From Eledone cirrhosa (Eukaryota), in the NCBI GenBank assembly GCA_964016885.1, contig OZ024742.1:46128001-46192000 (forward strand): 64,000 bases of DNA, written 5' to 3'. Shown one piece after another: positions 56,456 to 64,000 of this stretch; position 1 is the first letter of the stretch; the number at the start of each line of letters is the position of its first letter. Position numbers and translations under genes: made by a program. The notes below the pieces were generated by a model. The model made no database searches. It had not been told where the DNA came from and worked only from the letters and a program-made list of their open reading frames with translations.

Positions 56456-56836
56456 TATATATAAGGGGTGCATGAGACAAAGACAATGGAAAAAACGGAG
56501 TCCATTCTCTTCAGTTAACTTCTGTAAATCCTTATAGTTTCGGCTTTAAAGTTGAGACTATTCATGCCAGTGTAACATGTGGCGGTAACAGAAGAAAACA
56601 GAGAGAGAGGACTAATTGTGCCTTTCGGTGAATTACACAATTAAAGCAAAATAAATAAAATTCTACAAAACAATGGGCTTCGAAATTATAAGAATTTCCA
56701 AAATCTGGTTGACTAAAAGAGAATGTATATATATATATATAGTGTGAAAAAAGTGTGGACGTTAGAAAACGTTCTGTACAGATCAGGCTATATAAGGAAA
56801 ATGATAATAAAAAAGGGTTTGAAAATCACACCTGGT

Positions 56837-57295
56837 ATTCAGGATGTCCACAAAGTCTCTCTACAATTTAAAGAATTTATTACAAAAGCAAATGAACAGT
56901 GAAAATTATATGTGAAAATTATATTAGTAGATATTGAAGTTTTTTTAAACTAATTTCATACACCTCTATATAAGCACCATTAGTTGCACGTCACATCAAG
57001 ACGGTACTCGATTTCTTGCCATGTTTGCTGTAGCATAGTCTCATCAATGGAGGCAATGGCATCAGTGATCTTTTGCTTTTGATAAGTGATGTCCTGTATC
57101 TTTGTTCAATACACGATATCTTTAACATAACCACATAGAAAGAAGTCTAGATGAGTGATATCTGGTGAACGAGGTGACCAGGGAATTGGGCCATCCCTTC
57201 CAGTCCACCGGTCTGGAAATGTTTGATTTAGGAACCCACGAACATGCAGTCCCTAATGTGGTGGTGCACGATCTTGCTGGAAAATGATGGTTGAT
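56837..57295 (-). mobile_element. Tc1/mariner DD41D-type transposase relic with right end; inverted partial copy at 57343-57467
   Basis: Reverse strand FQQDRAPPH*GLHVRGFLNQTFPDRWTGRDGPIPWSPRSPDITHLDFFLCGYVK (41 residues between the last two D); end caggatgtccacaaagtc; + copy WPPRSPDITPLDFFLWG. Confidence 0.85.
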
Positions 57296-57492
57296 TGAAT
57301 GTCATCTAGTTGTGGTGCCACATATTCAGTCAAAAGATAAGATAATTCCCTGGCCACCTCGTTCACCAGATATCACTCCCCTGGACTTCTTTCTATGGGG
57401 TTCTGTTAAAGATATTGTGTATCGAACAGAGATACGAGCCATCACTGATCTAAAGCACAAGATCACAAAAAACAGAGAGATAGAGTGAGAGT

Positions 57493-57552
<60 letters not shown>

Positions 57553-58134
57553 ATCTTATACACCCCCACCAACAAAAGTAATCTAAAAGAACACTACACA
57601 TCTTTTCCTAGGGATATATTTCTAGTCAAACAACCTAAAGCTAGAAGGCTTCACTAAGTTCCCTTACTGCAGTTTCAAACCCGAAGAATAACTGCGACCA
57701 TTCCAACAGATTGATATGGCTACCGTTACCAGAACAGTTTTTCGTTCGTCAGAGTGTTTCTGTATGGTATAAGAAATATATAAATAAATACCCGTTAAGA
57801 GAAATGAGTTCATCTTTCATTGAACCAGCATGGTGTCAGAAAAAATATAAATATTGCTCGCATGCGTACATCTACTAACAAGGCAAATATTTGAATATAC
57901 GGACAAAGTGACGAGTCTAAACCGCCACTAGAAATAGAAGTCAATGTGGACCGTCTATCAGCGAAACGTTCTTTTAAGATTTCTTAGTTGGTATCTACCC
58001 TTCAGTGATTTTCTATAAGTTGTTCCATATATATTTGCTTCTCTGAATGAGATTATTTTAGCGATCTTTTCATTGAGATGTTATGTATATTCGTGACAAA
58101 TTTACTCATGTATTATACACACACACATATATAT

Positions 58135-58197
58135 ATTGTTATACTTTGGGAGGATCATGCTGCCAATAAAAACACACGCGCCTGTTGGTTTTCACTT

Positions 58198-58200
<3 letters not shown>
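58135..58200 (-). mobile_element. Solo 3' terminus of the PLE family found at 59414
   Basis: attgttatactttgggaggatcatgctgccaataa...ttttcacttcaa closely matches 59413-59478; both abut (TA)n. Confidence 0.8.
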
Positions 58201-58225
<25 letters not shown>

Positions 58226-58230
<5 letters not shown>

Positions 58231-58418
58231 AGTAAGTAAGACCCCGACGGCTGAGCTCAAGCCGTTTCGACGGCTAATTCTGTTTAAGAATTAGCCGTCG
58301 AAACGGCTTGAGCTCAGCCGTCGGGGTCTTACTTACTCCTATTACCCACTCTACTACCCTAAGTATTGAGTACTTTGGTGCGTTATGGTCCACCTGGTTC
58401 CTTACCACTTTTCCTTCG

Positions 58419-58420
<2 letters not shown>
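58226..58420 (+). mobile_element. Fold-back PLE remnant: perfect palindrome 58226-58342 (56-bp arms) plus unique tail, between (TA)n tracts
   Basis: Arms perfectly complementary around spacer gttta; contains the 3' half of a hammerhead (GAAAC-ggct..agcc-GTC). Confidence 0.75.
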
Positions 58421-58469
<49 letters not shown>

Positions 58470-58607
58470 AAGGTTAAACAAGGTTCAATGAATAAATCAA
58501 AGAATGAGTTTTACAATAGATTGGAAGCACTCAACAGTATTGGTTTTCCGGAGTTATTAATATTAATTCAAAATATTAACAAAAATAGACATTCGTGTGA
58601 TCAAGTA

Positions 58608-58674
58608 TATTTTATTATACATATTTCAGAGGTACTGAGCTAACTTCAACAGTACGTCCTCATCAGATAAAATA
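58608..58674 (-). ncRNA. Type I hammerhead ribozyme motif, family H1
   Basis: Reverse strand: TATTTTAT-CTGATGA-[gga c gtactg ttgaagttagct cagtac c tct]-GAA-ATA tg TAT-A-ATAAAATA. Confidence 0.78.
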
Positions 58675-58778
58675 AGATGATGCATGACATACCCTGACAT
58701 AGTAGATGGTTAAGATTCAGTAACTACCATGACTGAATCTTAACCATCTACTATGTCAGGGTATGTCATGCATCATCT

Positions 58779-58845
58779 TATTTTATCTGATGAGGGCGTA
58801 CTGTTGGAGTTAGCTCAGTACCTCTGAAATATGTATAATAAAATA
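58779..58845 (+). ncRNA. Type I hammerhead ribozyme motif, family H1
   Basis: TATTTTAT-CTGATGA-[ggg c gtactg ttggagttagct cagtac c tct]-GAA-ATA tg TAT-A-ATAAAATA. Confidence 0.78.
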
Positions 58846-58886
58846 TACTTGATCACACGAATGTCTATTTTTGTTAATATTTTGAA

Positions 58887-58945
<59 letters not shown>

Positions 58946-59191
58946 AAAGGTTTGGTAGAAATATCCAAGGGTAAGAGCACTCAGTCAATAGGACGAGTTA
59001 AGTATAAATAGTTACAACAGTGAAATATACAGATACATATGAGTTAGGGTGCAGAAGCCAACGAAACTCAAGTATCTGTATATGTTACTGTCGTAATTAT
59101 ATACACACACACACATATTATTTTTTATCTAAAGACATTTTTTCCAGTTCCATCCCGCCCGTCCCCTTTATCTATTTTATTTCTCCTTCTT

Positions 59192-59227
59192 TCTTCTGAT
59201 GAAAGACTAGCGTCCGAAACGTTAAGA
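59192..59227 (+). ncRNA. Minimal PLE-type hammerhead motif
   Basis: TCTT-CTGATGA-aa gac tagc gtc c-GAAAC-GTT-AAGA; loopless palindromic stem III (AACGTT); stem II closing pair mismatched. Confidence 0.7.
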
Positions 59228-59311
59228 CCCTCTTCCTGCTATATCAAGAGTTAACCTAATATATCCCTTCCATATACTGTACCGATTGTTTTGTTATTTC
59301 TGTTTACCTTT

Positions 59312-59353
<42 letters not shown>

Positions 59354-59413
59354 ATGGAATACTGTTAGCTTCTCGCTACAACAATTTCTATACTTTTCAT
59401 TTATATATATATA

Positions 59414-62400
59414 TTGTTATACTTTGGGAGGGTCATGTTGCCAATAAGGAACACACGCACCAGTTGCTTTCACTTCAATTTATTATAATAAATTTATAAA
59501 TTTAGGAATTTATAAATTTCTGGTTGGTTGGTTGATTCCACAACCAGATAGTTGTTTATATATTGTCAAAGTTCTTTCGTCACGCATTCTGTGACCTCTT
59601 CAGTGACTGGGGATTCTTTTCTTTGTTTTTGTGCCTCTCCTTTGTTCTGTCCTACGCAATTTTGTTTCTGTGTGTGTGTTGTGTGCTCAGTCTGCGCATG
59701 CGCCACATCCGGGTGTCTGTGTGTGTTTATATTTGTTTATTTATTTGTTTATTTACATGTTACCGGTTGGTTGTTTGTTCTATGTGTGTGTTTTCATTTT
59801 GTCCTTAATTGTAAGTTGTGATGTTGCTGTTCCACTCATATTTTCTATTTAATTTTGGTTGTAATTCTTTTATGTTTATTGCCTTTGTGATTTGTCTAAA
59901 CATTGCGTCTTTTCTGTGTGTAGATTCTATTTTTATTTCTATGTTCTCTAATTTACCCTTATGTTCTATTTTAGCATGTTGGTAGAGTACTGATGATTCT
60001 TTACTATCTTGAAGGTCTCGCCAGTGTTCATTTATCCGTTCCCCTACACTACGAGCTGTCTCACCTATGTACACTATATTTTTGTCTCTACATTGTCCTT
60101 CAGTACATCTTATGCTATACACTACATTTCTAGTTTTACAGTTAATATGGGGGCTTATTTTACAGGTTATACATTTCTTATCTATACAGGGGGGGGGGGG
60201 GTCTTTGGAAAGGGTATGTCTTGCTAATAAGTGTTTTTACGGAGGTACCTGGTCTTTCTACTATCTTAATATTGAGTTTATGTTTATCTAGGGCCCTTCT
60301 AAATTTGTAAGCTAATTCACATTTAGGGGTTGTATCGATGAACATTACACTCTGGTATTTATTGCTATCATACCATGAGTTTATTCTATTAGCCTTATTC
60401 CTAGTTCTTTCTATTCTATTCCAAAATTTGCTCCTATACAAGGGGCAGGTCCCATTTGTGTCATTATTTACCATTTTTTTCCCATTCGGTTCTGGCTCCT
60501 CTATACACTCTGATTCTATCTCTCTGATTGTAACCAGAGAACTGCATACGGTGGATGAAGTGTTGTATGTGTCTCTCTAGTTCTTCGGGGTTGCACATGC
60601 GGGACACGTTTCTCATCACCCGTACCAAATCCGCAATCAGTATGTTGATTTTGGTATGGTCCGAAACAGCCGAGTTTCGGTGGATCAGATGTTTGGAAGT
60701 CATGGGTTTGGCATAATGGGAATGGAGGATTTGTTTTTTGTTATTAATGGTATCTAACCAGAGCTCTGTGTCTAGTACAGGTAATCAATGGTTGGGGTGT
60801 TTACTTGGGTAGTCTATAGTAACTCTAATACTCTGGTGGATGGAGTTAGCTATTTGCTGGACGCTTTCCATTGTGTTTTTCTCTAGTTCCTGACTGTTCT
60901 CTAGTGGGGGTGTCTTAACTACGATGTTTATATCGTCAACGTAGCGGGAGTATATTATCAGGGTTAAGGGGTCTTCTAATTGTTCTTTAAGTTTAAGTTA
61001 TGTCTACTGTCCCACCATACCATGAATAAGTTAGCTATGTCGCCTGCAATGCTAACACCAATGGCTGCTCCTTCCTCTTGGGCATATGTTTTTCCATTAA
61101 ATTTGAACATATGTTCCTTAAGGGTTAGTTTTATGCTGGCCCCTACCGCATGTGCAATCATTTTCTTCAGTTTATCGTGGTTTTCGGGTGTCCGTATGGC
61201 TCTGGTCCACCCGTTCCATCTATCTGTGTGGGTTTTCTTGGCCATTGAGGTAATGGTAGGTGGTCTGCCTCTTGCTGGTCTTGTAGGGCACAGGTTGCTA
61301 AGGTCATATGTGTCTAGGTAATTATTACTATAGGTAAGTTTAAGTAGGAGTCCCAGCTCACTGGTATCAATCCCACGGAACTCAACATTGCTCTCACTGA
61401 TCATTTCTACGCATTTCTCCACAGTCTTTTCGAAGCCCATACAACGCCGGCACGTCATTGTTCCAGGCCTGGAAGTTGTTGGCAGTCCTTTTGTTGGGCT
61501 GCATTATATTCGTCCACATCACCATATGAGCACTGAGGGCTTTTTCTCTATCCTCATGCTCCTGTGGTGTTACTTCTCTTGTGTTAGTGATGTGGGGTTG
61601 CATTGCCTGGATGTAGTTTGGCAGGCTGTCAACCGACATTCTGCCAGACTTGTCTGTTGGAAAGCATGCTATCTCTCCATTACATGAGCTTACGCAAGCC
61701 ATTTGCAGATTTTTCTCCCAGTTGCTGGGCCTCCATTCTATTATGCTTCTTGTTATACTGTTCTATAATATTTCTAAGTTCGAATTTAGCTATACTAAAT
61801 TGTGCTTCTGTTTGTTCATCGACCTGCGACGGCAATTGCGTGCGTTTGTTAAATGGTAAAGTCGTGGCGTGGACTCGTCGCAGGTCGAACGACTTATCGG
61901 AGGGATTATAAAAAGTAGAGTTCCAGGCTGCTGCTTTATGTGTACTAGTGCTATTGTTATTGTTAGTTGTGTTGTTTCTATTTCTATTTCTATTTCTATT
62001 TCCACCAACAGCCTCATGGTTGTTTCTATGTCTCTCATAATTACTCCTGTCTCTTTCCACTGGCTCATTGTTATTATCTACTCTATTTTGTGTCTGTGTG
62101 TTCGTCTTGGTTATTTTCTTTGTCTATAGTCTCCCTTCTCCTTTTAATCCTATTACTTTCCCTTATTTCTGTGATTTCTGTGCTACTGTCATTACTTGTT
62201 TTCTGTGTCTGTGTGTTTGTTAAGATTGTGGTGGTGGTGAGAGGCATTGAATGTGTGTGTGTTGTTGTTGTTGTTGATGTGTGCTGTTGTTGATGTGTGT
62301 TGTTGTTGTTATCTCCGTGTGTGTTATTATTGTTGTGTGTGTTGTTATTGTTGTTTGTGCCTGCGTGTCTGTTGCTGTTTCTGGGTATGTTATTATTGTT

Positions 62401-62651
62401 GGTGTGTGTGTTGTTGTTATTGTTGTTTGTGTCTGTGTGTATGTTGTTGTTGGGATGTGTGTTGTATATGTGTGTGCGTATATTGTTACTTTTGTTTTTG
62501 TTTTTGTTTTTGAGGCTCCAAGGTAATTTTGTAAATGATTTTTTTATTTTTGACAGACAACTAATCATATTTACCTTCTTGAATGTCGCAAATTTCGGTG
62601 GTAGAAGTAATACAGATAACTCATCGTCATCTATTGCCGTGTTGCCGTATA
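59414..62651 (-). mobile_element. Penelope-like retroelement (Naiad-like): N-terminal region, RT, Cys linker, C-terminal GIY-YIG endonuclease, 3' pLTR; disrupted
   Basis: LLPPKFA, PTDKSG, PALYGLRKD, GAAIGVSIAGDIANLFM, YSRYVDD, CIDKKCITC, VVYSIRC...YIGETARSVGERINEH, LNRKYEW; 260-bp internal deletion at about 61424, stops and frameshifts. Clade assignment is from recalled motifs. Confidence 0.9.
59565..59607 (-). ncRNA. Minimal hammerhead motif in the PLE 3' pLTR
   Basis: Reverse strand: GTCA-CTGAAGA-g gtcac agaatgc gtgac-GAA-AG aa CT-T-TGAC, about 200 nt after the endonuclease stop and sense to the element. Confidence 0.75.
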
Positions 62652-64000
62652 TATACGGCAACAATGACGTGCCGGCGTTGTATGGGCTTCGAAAAGACCA
62701 TAAAACGGGCAGTGACCCTGTCACGGGACCACCAACACGGCCAGTCTGTGGGGCTAACATTGCTAGTAACTACAAACTGTCCTACTTCCTCTCCCTGATC
62801 ATACGCCCCATCATTGAAATGTCCCCAGATGTATGTGACAGCACGGAGGACCTCCTCAGGAGAATCGGCGAGAGTAACCGATCTAGGGACCTAACAAACT
62901 GCATAATAGGTAGTATGGATGTTGTGTCCCTGTATCCATCTATTGACGTGGATTTTGCTGTGGAGAAATGCGTAGAAATGATCAGTGAGAGCAATGTTGA
63001 GTTCCGTGGGATTGATACCAGTGAGCTGGGACTCCTACTTAAACTTACCTATAGTAATAATTACCTAGACACATATGACCTTAGCAACCTGTGCCCTACA
63101 AGACCAGCAAGAGGCAGACCACTTACCATTACCTCAATGGCCAAGAAAACCCACACAGATAGATGGAACGGGTGGACCAGAGCCATACGGACACCCGAAA
63201 ACCACGATAAACTGAAGAAAATGATTGCACATGCGGTAGGGGCCAGCATAAAACTAACCCTTAAGGAACATATGTTCAAATTTAATGGAAAAACATATGC
63301 CCAAGAGGAAGGAGCAGCCATTGGTGTTAGCATTGCAGGCGACATAGCTAACTTATTCATGGTATGGTGGGACAGTAGACATAACTTAAACTTAAAGAAC
63401 AATTAGAAGACCCCTTAACCCTGATAATGTACTCCCGCTACGTTGACGATATAAACATCGTAGTTAAGACACCCCCACTAGAGAACAGTCAGGAACTAGA
63501 GAAAAACACAATGGAAAGCGTCCAGCAAATAGCTAACTCCATCCACCAGAGTATTAGAGTTACTATAGACTACCCAAGTAAACACCCCAACCATCGATTA
63601 CCTGTACTAGACACAGAGCTCTGGTTAGATACCATTAATAACAAAAAACAAATCCTCCATTCCCATTATGCCAAACCCATGACTTCCAAACATCTGATCC
63701 ACCGAAACTCGGCTGTTTCGGACCATACCAAAATCAACATACAGATTGCGGATTTGGTACGGGTGATGAGAAACGTGTCCCGCATGTGCAACCCCGAAGA
63801 ACTAGAGAGACACATACAACACTTCATCCACCGTATGCAGTTCTCTGGTTACAATCAGAGAGATAGAATCAGAGTGTATAGAGGAGCCAGAACCGAATGG
63901 GAAAAAATGGTAAATAATGACACAAATGGGACCTGCCCCTTGTATAGGAGCAAATTTTGGAATAGAATAGAAAGAACTAGGAATAAGGCTAATAGAATAA
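62652..64000 (+). mobile_element. Inverted second arm of the same PLE (RT core and thumb), runs off the window
   Basis: PALYGLRKDHK, TRPVCGA, GSMDVVSLYPSID, GAAIG, then after a -1 shift near 63385 MYSRYVDDI...LPVLD...FSGY open to the end; near-identical to the reverse complement of 60382-61462. Confidence 0.92.

Larger units (their letters stand above)
58465..58893 (-). mobile_element. Fold-back PLE pLTR remnant: palindrome 58560-58893 (about 162-bp arms, 10-nt spacer, 2 mismatches) plus unique tail, between (TA)n tracts
   Basis: Direct arm comparison; each arm carries a hammerhead motif pointing outward. Confidence 0.82.

Noticed and set aside
60781-60795. In-frame TGA as selenocysteine in the Naiad-like PLE
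   Set aside because: The other arm has CGA (Arg) at the same site, so it is a CpG-type nonsense mutation; the linker cysteines are all TGT.
62297-62651. Hydrophobic N-terminus on the 369-aa RT ORF (membrane-anchored RT)
   Set aside because: It is the antisense reading of the Asn/Thr microsatellite of the left arm, fused by the inversion junction.

Overview
AT-rich, repeat-dense animal DNA, most likely an octopod cephalopod, judged from the protein and the SINE/RTE repeat types (recall, not a database search). The only convincing host gene is a + strand p53/p63/p73-family transcription factor. I reconstructed 12 in-frame GT-AG exons by hand (3897-45115): linker, DNA-binding domain, NLS, oligomerisation domain, SAM and C-terminal inhibitory-type motif. 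The N-terminal transactivation exons must lie upstream of the window. A 13th, alternative terminal exon at 24199-24310 would give a short SAM-less p53-like isoform. Introns and flank hold RTE LINEs and their partner SINEs, an I-group LINE relic, TTAA and Tc1/mariner MITEs, a DD41D transposase relic, two tandem-repeat arrays and long (TA)n tracts. The least expected signal is a set of Penelope-like-element (PLE) insertions at (TA)n tracts sharing a fold-back geometry from about 100 bp to over 4 kb. With them come at least seven hammerhead-ribozyme motifs, five forming one family with covarying stems. One palindrome turns around exactly in hammerhead stem II, and one large head-to-head PLE has complementary deletions in its two arms. 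Most short ORFs in the supplied track are microsatellite or antisense artefacts.
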